A stretch of 64,000 nucleotides of DNA. Source: Hydrolagus colliei (Eukaryota). The notes beneath the pieces were generated by a model. That model did not search any database. It worked only from the letters and a program-made list of their open reading frames with translations, and was not told the DNA's origin. The first letter of the stretch is position 1. Each line of letters starts with the position of its first letter. Shown here one piece after another: positions 39,129 through 50,923 of the stretch. The stretch spans positions 3,596,001 to 3,660,000 of the forward strand of contig CM068757.1 in NCBI GenBank assembly GCA_035084275.1, written 5' to 3'. The translations under genes and the position numbers were made by a program.

Positions 39129-40779
39129 TTGCTTTAGAATGCTTGTCCAAAAGAAAATGCCTTCACAAACTTTGAACTGACAAAAAAATGCGCCTTTGAG
39201 TTTTAAAGTATGCAAGTTCCGTCTACTTTGTTTGATTCATTGATTTTTTTCACTTTGGGCGGGAATTATGGAACCCCAAAATATTATCGGGCTAAACTGG
39301 GGTCTTTCAGCCCATCAATTCTGTGCTGCTGTCCGCCAGACGTCAAAGGCACCCTGCAAATGTCATTTTGTTGTTGTTTTTCTTCACCTGAACCATCTGA
39401 TCCCATCCCCCAAACTCTTCAATAAGAAATGCTCAGCGGCACTATTTTGAAGCGTTGGAGATGGAATGGAAAAAGCGTTTCTTGTCCAAGTGAATTCAAT
39501 TCATTTTAATCGAGAAATGCAAAGTCTGGTTTCAGTCACTCTATCAACACACCGCAGAGCGTTTTGACGCAACAAAACTGCCAAACAAAAAACACGAGTT
39601 TGTGCAGTTCAGCTGAAACTTTCTGAATATTTTTAGAGCAATACTCAAACCTACAGTTTGCAGATCCGGACTAGTTGATTTGTAGGTGGAAGAGGAGGAT
39701 ATGCCACTTGGCTTCACACTCTGAAGTTCTTCACATTCTAAAATATACTTGACAAAGAGAGAATCCATACCACTGTATTTGTTCGGCCTTTAAATTATGC
39801 ATGGCATTTTTAGCAATGTAAATTATGCATTGAAAGTAAATAATGCATTTAGGCTTATTTTAATCTAGATAAGCATGTTACACTTTCATCCGTGCAAATT
39901 ATATTTTCCATATTTAAAAAGTAAATGCGCCCAATTTATGCTTTCATAAGTACTGTAATTGCTGACATTTCAAGGCAATTTCTTCTAATATTGTTTCCTG
40001 TTTGATCAGTGTAAATTACTTAATTATCCCTCCATATAATTACAGTGCAAAGTGACATGTTCTTAATAACAGTTATATGCCTTCGTCAAATACGTTACAA
40101 CTGAAACATGAAGCAATTAAAATATTGCAGCTCACAAGCCCTGACAAAAAAATAATTTCAGAGGTTAGCAGACGTACCGTTATAAACTAAGCAGCAAGAA
40201 CAAGAATCATTGCATGTTGAGTCATTTTTGAAACCACATCCAGCAATGAACATTTTGTTTTTGCCATAAACAGAACAATTTCATTAGCTGCGAAATTAGA
40301 GAGTCAAATTATTGACGTTTAAATCTCCAGCTGTAGTGTTGGATTCCCAGTCAAACTGGAGTAACTTTACCTCACACCCTTGACTGTCTTTTGAACTCAC
40401 CTAATCCCATTGAGAGTGTCTCACTGAAGGAGGCTTTGGCCATCCAATACTCTTTGGGAAAGACATGTCGCCCTTTAATCAATGTGTTTTGCCCTCCAGA
40501 CAATATGTTTGACCCATTAGTTGCCAATTGGTCTATATCTGCAAAGGAAACTCTTTAGAATTGCGTGGAAACAATAAATTATGTGGAGATGGCATTATTT
40601 TAATGTAAATTGTGCTATTTCTTCAAATACAACAATAACTTGGGGTTATACAGACTATCCTGAGCTATACTGTCTGAACATGAACAGAACCAATAGATAA
40701 ACTTTGAATCAAGCACTTCCAATGGAAATTGTGTGAGATGAAAATTGCAAATTAAATTTTGCTGAACTTGATGCTTAGA

Positions 40780-40950
40780 ATAGAGGAAAGGGCAGTTGAA
40801 GCAAAAAACATTGATACATTTAAGAGGAAACTGCTGAGTACATGACAGAGAAGGGAATAGGGTGCTATAGGATCGGGGACTAGGAAAGACGGAGACACTG
40901 TGGAGTAGAAACACTGGCACAGACTAGTGGTCCGAATGGCCTGTTTCATA
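40780..40950 (+). mobile_element. CR1 3' end fragment
   Basis: ERAVEAKNIDTFKRKL, then GGCACAGACTAGTGGTCCGAATGGCCTG, matching 8919-8946. Confidence 0.85.
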
Positions 40951-41411
40951 ATCAACATTGGTTGCCATATGGCATATCATTCTCTGCAATTCCATCTCAA
41001 GAAGATACACAGAAACACTGAGGTTAATCCATTTTGCTCACTTCATATTTTGAAGTAATGTTTATTGTAAGGCTTTATTTTTAATTGTTTTCACACTTGT
41101 TCAAACGGGCTGGCGATAATTCAGAACATACGTGTGGAATCTTTTAAAACAACAAATAAAGTAATGAAATAGAGCACGGTAAATTTCAGATCGTTTGCTT
41201 GAAGAATAAATGATCAATGTGATCAGGCTTAACTTTTAAGAGGCATAAAAAAATGTCAGCTTGAACTGCTGTGATATTGAGTGACCATTCGACATATATA
41301 CTGTACATGTTGGGCAGGTTTCCTTATTCCACATGCTTCTGTTTACCTGGTAGTAAGTAGGGTGAATCGCTATACTGGGGTTTATAATTCTTAAAGAAAA
41401 TAAGAATAATT

Positions 41412-41572
41412 TGGTCACTCAATCCCAGACCGTTCATGGAACTCTGCGCAATTGGCTGCCGTGTTTCACCCACAGGTACAGTCAATTCACTTTACAGTTT
41501 ATTCTATGAAGCATTTTGAGATATCTAGAAGGCGTGAAAAGCGCTATATCAAATGCAAGCATTATTATTATT
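41412..41572 (+). mobile_element. SINE 3' half
   Basis: TGCGCAATTGGCTGCC...CAGTCAATTCACTTTACAG...GTGAAAAGCGCTATATCAAATGCAAG. Confidence 0.9.
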
Positions 41573-44500
41573 AGTATATACTGTATAGTTCATTCCAGGA
41601 TCAAGTCATTGAAACTTGGCATAGTTTCAACATTAGTCCAATGTCAAATCAGCTATTCCATTTCTAATACACATTTAATACACTTTTCCTCCTTTCCTCC
41701 TTAGCCCATTCACTTGGCCATCACATGATGATGTCCAGTAATTGGATGGAAACTGATTTTTTTTTCATGGATATCATTAATATCTTATGTTAACTCACCA
41801 GAGATGTGTAAGAAAAAATGTCCAAGAATATCTTGCCTGATGGCTTCCTCACTCTCCTCAAATGACCTTGGCAATCTCTTTACCTAGGAAAGAAAAAATG
41901 TCAGCTGGGTTTACAAATCAAGTGGATATATTAACAGATAGAAGTCTATCATTTATGTATTGAAGTTTAAAAGCCACCGCAGATCAGTGCATTTAAATAT
42001 CAGATTGAATGCAGGATAATATCAAATGCAAGGATTATTATTATTATTATTATAACTTTCCTGGAGGTAAGGTCCATCAGCCAACTGAAAGAAATGACAA
42101 ATATATGAGATATTATGAAAACTTGGCCCAGGTTATCAAATGCAAAAGCATGATGAACGCTTTTTTAAATTGCCGGTTTTAATGGAAGTAACGCCTGGGA
42201 TTGAACGCCTCTGTTCCCTGATCTAGGCAAAAAAACACATGAATAAACAGGGATAAAATGCTCATTATTCCAGTTATGTTTTCACTCGCTGCTGTATATT
42301 TCTTAAATGATAACAAAATCAGATTTCTCAGACTCAGTAAAGGTTCCTACAATTTGTTTCACATTCTCCATTTTGTCAAAATTGTCCAAACAAAATCTGG
42401 TACAAAAAATAAGGCAATAAGAGTTAGTAAATGAGGGAAAAGCACTTAATATTCGGATCACAATTCTGAAGCTTCTCACAAGAGACATATGGTGAAAACG
42501 AAAGTTGATGGATTGAGGATCGAGTTTGTAAACTTGATAATTAATTGGATGCATGAAGGCATTCATCAATGGTAATAAATAGTAAACAGGCACAAAATCC
42601 TCCTTATTCCAAGTGTGTTTTTACTGACGATTGAATGTTTCTTAACACTAATGAAATCAATTTTCTCAGACTTGGTGTTTTAACATTGCTCTCAAACGAA
42701 ACCCAGAGATAATAAAGGCAGCAAACTGTAACTGGGCAGTTGTAATTAGCATTGCTGCCTGGCAATCACTCCTGGGTCTCTGCTCTTCATCTGTTTGTAA
42801 TGATCTCAGTCATGCTATAGAAAATACTAAGTCTAATTTTGTAGATGATACAATATTGTGCAGAAAATCAGGATGTTCCGACGGGTGATAAAATTGAAAA
42901 GAATCTGGAGGGAATTAGCAGATGACTAGATGCCATTTCATTTTGAGAAATGAAAGGTAAGATCTATAGATTAGAAAAATGGCACAAAAAAAATCGAAAA
43001 TGAACATATTGTTAGTTATGGTTAATCAGAGTTAGTATTTGGCTCAGATAGTTGATGAAATACAGTTTAGTCACAAGGAGGTATCTTTCTGGAAGAGGGA
43101 AGAGATGTAATTATACCATGGGCTAAGTATAACTTAATGATTAATCTCTTTGCACTTTGAATTGTTAACATATGGAATCGGCTTCGAATTCTCACCGTGA
43201 ATGTGCTGGCACAGTTGATGTAGTCAAAAAGATCTGGATGGATTCCTGATTCAACAATAAGCTGAACGAGAATGAGCACATTCATGGCCACATTGTGGTC
43301 TGAACGTTGGAGCAATCTAAACTGAGTTATAAAGCCTCACTCATTCCATATACCCACAGCCCACATCTTTTTATACAGCAATACCTGCATTGTATTAAAC
43401 TTTTTTTTACATGTAGATTCAGAGTGAGCAGCATTACTGCTCTTAGAGATAGTCTAAACACACGCATTTCTACCAATTAATTGAAATAGCCAGTGATCTA
43501 TGTCCCATTAGTTAGTCTATACCGGAGAAGAAAACTCTTAATGCACTTTTAAATTCAGCACTAGATCCAGTCCCTCAAATGTAATAACATAGCCAACAAT
43601 TCTATTTCTATACAAATTTCCCTGTTTTTCTATTATTAGTTCAAGCACAACTCTATCCTTTATCTAGCATTTCTATGTTATTCCTTACTACATTAAATCT
43701 ACATATGGTTGGCAACTATTTTCTCTTCGAGATATTCAACAGCTTTGAAGGTGTCATTTAGTTGACATAGCTGAGAGGTGCATTAAACTTAAAATGTTGA
43801 CCTGTAGGGCTTCTTAGTTATAAGTAACAGAGCAAGGTGTCCAGTCGCATTATTGGGTGGGGCTGAAGACCTTTCAAGATTAACAAAACTATGAAAGAGA
43901 CACTGACTCCTGAAAAAAGCTACAGGATCAATACACCTGGCCATGTAAAGGAGGCTTAGGTGTATTTGAAAGATTTGGCAGCGCATAAAGGAACAAATAT
44001 AATTGGCAAAAAAACATCTATCGTTCAGCTTTTTTGGAAGATTAAGCAAACAAAATCATCAAAAGCAGAAAACCTTTTTAAAAAAACAAATACAAAGGGG
44101 CAACACAGAGAAGTCAAGGTCAAAATGTGTTTCGGTTCAAATACCTTTGCGGATAATTTGGTTACCATCAGACTTGGGATTTGCCCATTGGTAAGAAAGA
44201 ACTGTGTGGTCTTTCTCCCTTCTTTAAATGCAGATCATCTTAAATAGACCAAATAGTATTTTTTTAAGCTAAAAATATAGTTAGCAAATAAGAAACTGGA
44301 ACGGTGTGCCTAAAATAATGTTCTCCAAAAATCACATGTATCTAAATCTTCATCTTATAGTGTTTCAACTTTCAAGCAGAACAAAATGTGAATCGCAACA
44401 TAAATATGTCACGGACAATTAACTTTTTGTACTTTGAGACTTTTTTTGTTACACATTTAAAATTGAGCCTATTAATGTTACCTGACCAGTCAGTCCGCTG

Positions 44501-45184
44501 TCAATGGCTTTCAGTTCTGAGGAATTAAAATTGATTTCTTTCAAATGAAGACCTACCAAAGTGCATTTAACATATAGAAGACAAATCAATGAAGTTGCAC
44601 CTGTTTGCGCATAATCCAATCAATGGTAGTGTATTACTGTATTAGGCTCATGTAATGTGGTGGGTGCTCTCTTACTTTAATAAACGCAAAGGGTTTGCAG
44701 GCATTCACATTACAAAACAAAGGGGGTTCATACTAAAATTTATTTCCTCTGGGAACAGGAATCAATTTCCAACAATTCCAACAACCAGATTCTGGCCCAA
44801 TAACAGAAAGAAAATGTGATTTAAATATTTTTTTTGATATTGTCGATTTGCATAATGACCACAACATTCTGTGTACGTACATCAGGGAAAGAGCTCCACA
44901 GAGTACCAAGTACTGCAGTGTCTTGCTTTACTAATTATCCTTTACTTCTGACTGAACAAATTGCTCTTGATTGTACCTACTCCATCCAGTCAATACACAG
45001 CCATTGATTAGCTGAGGAAGAAGTTATCTGGTTCGGTTTTACAAATCCTTCACTCTCTTGTCAATCAGAGACTCGAGAAGCAACATGGATTTTCCACAAT
45101 AAAAATGGATATCCATGAGTTGATTAGCCAGTATAATCCAACTCTACTTTGCTGTGGAACTACAGCAATCTACTCTATTTCACT

Positions 45185-45375
45185 CTGCCTCCTTCAAGGC
45201 CCGTATCAAGCCCTTCTTCTTTCACCCTACCTACAGTCAGTCAGTCAGTCACCCTCCCACCTCCACCCCCACTTCCATCTCGATTCTAACTCCCAGCTCA
45301 GGTACAAACCATTGACTGTTCAGTGCCTTGAGACATCCTTCTGAAGTGAACAACATATAAATACAAGTTGTTTTT
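45185..45375 (+). mobile_element. L2 3' fragment
   Basis: CCTCCTTCAAGGCCCGTATCAAG...CCCAGCTCAGG...CATTGACTGTTCAGTGCCTTGAGACATCC, matching 35325-35490. Confidence 0.8.
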
Positions 45376-46659
45376 TGCCTCTGAAATCTAATATGGTGCT
45401 TTTCTGTTACAGTATTGGCAAGTTAGGGCAAAAAATCTGTCACAAGAGTTGATGTCTTAAGTTCTAATTCAGGAAGTCCATAAACCTCCAAAACGAAGAG
45501 TTCAAGGCATCTCAATCTCGATTTCCTGCAGACATGGAGGCGGTGAAACAAATCCCTATGACTATTTCGACCTTTTTCACTTTTGTGAAAATAAACAAAA
45601 TAGTACGAGATATGAATGACTTGCGATAGCAATGTGTTGATAATTGATCCATTGGTGCGAGCTCAGAAATGTATAGTAAGTCCTGCGCAGGATATTTGTC
45701 CCTTTTTCTCTAGTTTGAAGATGAGATTCAATCTCACAGACTGTCCCTCTGCACTTGACAGTTCTGTTAGCGACCATGATAAAGTATACCAGCAAGCGCC
45801 AGGAACAAATGCATTTTCCACTTGCTCCACAGTTGACCTTTATGACTTCTATATATTCTTTTTGAAAAGGAATTTCCCGAAACGCTGTTTCTGTATTCTC
45901 AGGTGCTGAAATGTTGACCACACACCACTCAAAGCATCAGGATTAAGATGCGTCTTTTCACATTTTAAGATGCAAAATATACAAAATAGAATATTTGAGC
46001 AGCGAGGAGAAAAGTGTACTGCCTTTGCAAGCACTGGTCAATCAATTAAACATTCTACAGTTTCGCCTGAAGCCTGCGGAGAACTATCTTAGACATTCCA
46101 TCAAGATGACAGTCTAAGACACACAAATGAGCTTGATAGCATTATTGATGAAGACAGTGATTCTACTGCATGAGTTAATGTAATGTGATTAAAGTTAAAT
46201 TTAGTAGATGGTGGTGAGGATAAAATAGGACCAAGAAACAACTGGGAATTAACCTTCTTTAAAACATTCAATCCAATGTTGATCAGTTTGAGATAGGCAC
46301 AGGAAACAAGTGCAATATCTTAGATAAAGTTTATCTGATGAAAATAAAATACACAGAATGTAATAAAAGATGATAATGTAGCACATACATGTGTGATAAA
46401 TTTCCCAAACTGTCATCCAACACGTATTATTACATGGTTCTATGTGTGTCTGCCCCTTAACTGTAATAATGTTACAGTAATTATTTAGCTTAATGTTGTC
46501 AGCCACAACATAAACCACTAGTAGAAATAAAGATTTGTTTAAAATTATAATCTATAAACATTTGGAGCCTCCTCCATATGAATGCAAATTTATCTTATAT
46601 CTTCAAAAGAATGTATGGTTCTACCCTAACAATTTGTTGGTGTTTGTCCGGGATCTGTT

Positions 46660-46725
46660 ATTGTGAAGCGCTCTGAGACACCGTCTGGCATGGAGAGCGC
46701 TATATAAACCCAAGTTGTTGTTGTA
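46660..46725 (+). mobile_element. L2-type 3' terminal fragment (sister copy at 57901-57965)
   Basis: GAAGCGCTCTGAGACACCGTCTGGCATGGAGAGCGCTATATAAACCCAAGTTGTTGTTG. Confidence 0.75.
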
Positions 46726-48167
46726 GTAAAGACTGCTTTGTCGCTTGAGAAATGGAAATTCTAACTGCTGGACTCTGAGGCCTCAATTCATCAAAATGTT
46801 ACCACTGTTTATAGTGAGCGACACGAGTGTTTCAATAGTTCAAGCGAATTAGGGACCTTTGCAACACTGGGTACTAAATGTTTCAAATCTTTATGAGTTT
46901 AAATCAATTTCACAGTTATGTATCCCATCCGCAATTGCAAAAGCATATTAACAGCAGACAGAACCAAATTAGGAAACGCAAAATAGCTGAATTCAGATTT
47001 TTGTCATAAAATACTCTTCCAAATAAAAAGCCATCTCGGAATTTGTCACTGGCCAATATAACTCTATGTATAATATGATTCTGTTCCTCTTTGAAAAAAG
47101 GTGCCGTGAGAGCTACCCTTTTATGTTCGTATCAAAGCAATTTTCCTTTGTAAAAAACAAATAGTTTTCCATCATGGAAAATCCATTAAGGCATTAAATG
47201 TGGAGATAAGATCAAGAAATCCATTTTGGAAGAGTTAATATACCAGAAATCAGTGTCCACAAATGGAAAAACCTGTCTCAGATGGGCTACAGATTGCGTT
47301 GGCTTTGATTTATGCTGTCAAGTATTGGAAAAATGAAAACCATTTGACTGAACAAGTGAATATTGGCTGGTCCTCTGAACATAATTCTACATAGACAGAA
47401 AGAACACAACATGAGTGGAAGAAAATGAACAAACAAAAATATAATTTCTACAATACAAAAGGGCTTCTGCTGTCTTTATCTGAAGGCAAGCGATCGCAGA
47501 AAGAAGTTGATCAGAATCAGATAGAAGGTCTTCCGTCCATTATATGAGAAGCATAAGGGACAGGTATTAAATGTTTGTTTATGTTTTATTCATATTCTAA
47601 TTTGCAAGTAACCTTTATACTGGAGTTTTTTTTAAAATGACTCACCACCCTGAAGTTTGTCAGAACCGTCACATTTGGTACAAAAGTGAATTTACCCTCA
47701 ACTGTGCCTTGAAAGTGTACACTTGAAGAATGCAAAAACTGCAGTCATGTGTGGTTACTCATAATTCTCTTACCGACTCGAGAGCTTAACATGATATCTT
47801 CCTCGTGCCTCTTAAAACCTGACCAAAAAAAAATGGCAAAAAGATATTTGCTGACACAAACAGCAAATATCAGCCAGGATTTCACTGCTGAATGCCCCTG
47901 ACATGTTCTGGACCATTAATAGAGGGTTTGACGTATTATGACGCTGGCATTTTGAAATGCGTAAAGAGCCACTTTTCCCTTCGATTCGCATCCGCTCTGA
48001 CATCAACAGTATTCATCAATAACAATGCTATTGTGATTTACCGACCAGATGAAGAGTATCCTCAACTCAAAATCCTGTTCCTTTTGCAAAACGATAATGA
48101 GAAATTAGCACGGTCCAACTCACCTTCAGAAGAGAGACAATCTTAATCTGAATTAAATGTTTCCAGG

Positions 48168-48239
48168 ATATTCTGTGAAGCGCTTTGAGACGTCCAGAAG
48201 ACGTGAAAAGCGCTATATCAAATGCAAGGATTATTATTA
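48168..48239 (+). mobile_element. SINE 3' tail fragment
   Basis: ATATTCTGTGAAGCGCTTTGAGACGTCCAGAAGACGTGAAAAGCGCTATATCAAATGCAAGGATTATTATT. Confidence 0.92.
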
Positions 48240-48934
48240 GTACTAAACGGTCATCCGGATCACAAAGTACATCATGATTCCAAACTTCTCATTTAGTGTG
48301 TAAGCAAAAGATTCGGCATAAATCAGACAGCAATTCAATTAACTGATGATAACTGGTTATATCTTCATCGGTGGCAATGCTGATTTTTTTTCATTGCATA
48401 CACCCACAGTAACACAGTAGTTAGACTTTATCACAAGAGCTCAGCAAAATTAATCCCAATTTTGCTGCATAAAAAAAGCATTTTAGTAATTTCATCTTCC
48501 ATCACCCATTCAGTCAACAGAATTCTTATGAACTCAACGAATACTGGTGTCCAGAACATGGGAATATTTGCTCACTCTGTGCTTTCCCTACTGGAATATA
48601 TTATTTCACCTGCTCAAGTTTGCTTCAAGCTACTGTAGGATTTGATCGGCTGTACTGAGAGTAAATTGGAACATCTGCATTATCTTCAGAATTCTATTTA
48701 GCAAAATTCATAACACCCACATGTTGAACACTCACTTTCTATGAGGATACAGAAGACTGTCTCACAAGTAGCATTCAGTATGGATTCCAGCAGCTCCCAC
48801 TATTATTATGATAACTCTCCCTTGAATCCTATCCCAAGAAGCCATATATTATCATGCATTAACTAAGTATTCGTCCCTTCACCATTAAATATGGACACAC
48901 GTGGTATAGCTTTACAAACTGAATGTAGACAGAT

Positions 48935-49100
48935 TATAAGATCGTTTCACATGAAGAAGGTCCATTCAGCCTACTTGATCTCATCCTTCCAGCATTGCTA
49001 AATCCTACCACCTTCTCATCAGAGCATCAAACTGTTCTTTGAATGATCCAGTGTCCTAGCCTCAATCACCTTTCCTGCCAACCTGTCCAGTCATTATATA
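48935..49100 (-). mobile_element. Old CR1 3' end, abutting a SINE
   Basis: Minus strand GGAAAGGTGATTGAGGCTAGGACACTGGATCATTCAAAGAACAGTTTGATGC...GAGATCAAGTAGGCTGAATGGACC, similar to 33415-33560. Confidence 0.75.
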
Positions 49101-49102
49101 AC

Positions 49103-49398
49103 AATAATAATAATAATAATCCTTGCATTTGATATAGCGCTTTTCACTCCTTCTCAAAACGCTTCACAAAATATACTGTAAAGTGAATCGATTGTATATT
49201 TGTGGGTGAAACGTGGCAGCCAATTGCAAACAGCAGTGTCCCACAAACAGTTGTGGATTGAAATTATTGTTTTATGTGAGGGGATTATTATTAGGCATGT
49301 GGAGTAAAGAAACTTGCCCAAGGTTTCGCCCTGCCTGGAATTGAACCCAGGTCTCTCGCTTGTATGGCAAGTGCTCTAACCACTGAGCTACATGACTC
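49103..49398 (-). mobile_element. Full-length tRNA-derived SINE with intact Pol III boxes
   Basis: A-box TAGCTCAGTGG (49380-49390), B-box GGTTCAATTCC (49337-49347), family body and (TTA)n tail. Confidence 0.95.
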
Positions 49399-49992
49399 TC
49401 AAGTAAATAAATGCTTCCTGGTGTCCATCCTGAAATTGTCCTTTGCAACTCCAAACCCATGATCTTTTTTGTTCAATTGTTTTTGAGAATTGTTCCGGTT
49501 TACTTTTTCAATTACTGTACATATAAAATGTTACACAGCTCTATAATTCTCCTCTCACTGTCCCAGTTCAATTCAGTTTCAGTTTTCAGCACCTTGGGAC
49601 GCCCTCCCAACATGAAAGGCGACCTACAAATGTAATTTTGTTGTTGTTTGTTGTTCTAATTAGTCCCTCGAGAATTAGATTTCTTTGTAAAACAGAAAGA
49701 AAGTTGCGCACAACTTTAGTTATTTCCATGACATTAATCATAACATCAATCAGGAGTATAACCACAGACGCAGATAGGAGCTGAACTGGAAATAGAAAAG
49801 AAAACAAAATTCATGGAAGTAAAAGTAGGACTTCTTCAGAAATTCTGCTAAACAGGTGAGTATAGATTAAATCATGGTCACAAAGTTCACATTTTCATAA
49901 TGCTGATTGTAACGTTGTTTTCAGCTTGTCGGGGCAAGTGGAAGTGCTCAACATTTACAGCATAAAGTGGATAAATTCAATGGAATAAGTTG

Positions 49993-50287
49993 TAATAATA
50001 ATAATACTTGTATTTCATATAGTGCATTTCACATCTTCTGGACTTCTCAAAGCTCTTCACAGAATATACCATAAAGAGAACTGATTGTATATTTGTGGGC
50101 AAAATGCAGTAGCCAATTGTGCGCAGCAGTGTCCTGCAAACAGTTGTGAATTGAAACAACCAATTTATTTATTTTTTCTTGAGAGATTATTATCAGGCAT
50201 GTGGAGTGAGGAAAATTGCTCAAGGTTTCATCCTGTCCCGCCTGGAATCGAATCCAGGTAAGGCGAATGTTCTAACCACTGAGCTAA
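49993..50287 (-). mobile_element. Near full-length tRNA-derived SINE
   Basis: Same architecture as 49103-49398, with a small deletion in the head. Confidence 0.9.
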
Positions 50288-50910
50288 ATGAGCAAAAAAA
50301 TTAAGATGTAGATGCCACTTAAATAGTCTATATGGTACACAAACTTCTATGTTACAGGGGGCAACTGATGCCAAACAAAATCAAATATATGTTATATACA
50401 TGTTATATTGAGGCTCTTGTAACTTGAGATACATATGTACTGTATGAAGCGAGACAATAAAGTCACACAAACCAATGGCATTCAGCATCTTGAGGTGTTA
50501 CAGAAGGAGATAGTCTCTTGCTATCTGGATCCATTAAGGGCATTGCATTTAAAAATTGACCACCCCAGGATAGCAGCAACCCTCAGTAGCACTACATTCG
50601 GTAAACATTTGCGTTTTAGGTCACCGCTATTAATAGGCATTGCTTGAGGAACAACTACCTGCCTTCGCGAGGTGAAGAAAGCAAGACAAAGACATATCAA
50701 CAACGCCTTTCATGTAAGACACAAAAGTTTACAAAGGCAAGGTAATCGCCGACTAAAATAAAACCAGTGAACGGGTTCAAAGTTAACCTGAGCTGGGCCG
50801 TAGAACACGTGGGAAAGTGTCTAGAAAGTCAAACTGGCATTTGGGCCCAATCAATGTTTTGCGTTTAATAACTTCAAACAAGGTCCACAGAATTTGGACT
50901 TTGCTTCCCA

Positions 50911-50923
50911 CCAGCAGGGGGAG
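50911..50923 (+). promoter_or_regulatory. CTCF-like motif
   Basis: CCAGCAGGGGGAG, close to the core consensus with a mismatch at the GGC position. Confidence 0.35.

Noticed and set aside
46061-46172. Acidic peptide-like frame (HQDDSLRHTNELDSIIDEDSDSTA) after a weak acceptor
   Set aside because: All frames from the acceptor hit stops and there is no good donor
48044-48080. Hammerhead-like CAGATGA-A-GAGT..ACTC-AAAA (also CTGATGA at about 14269 and 53301)
   Set aside because: Catalytic core bases are mismatched or stem II cannot pair
49330-49398. tRNA gene-like sequences (also about 34325-34391 and 21340-21401)
   Set aside because: They are SINE heads continuous with the SINE body; no proper acceptor stem
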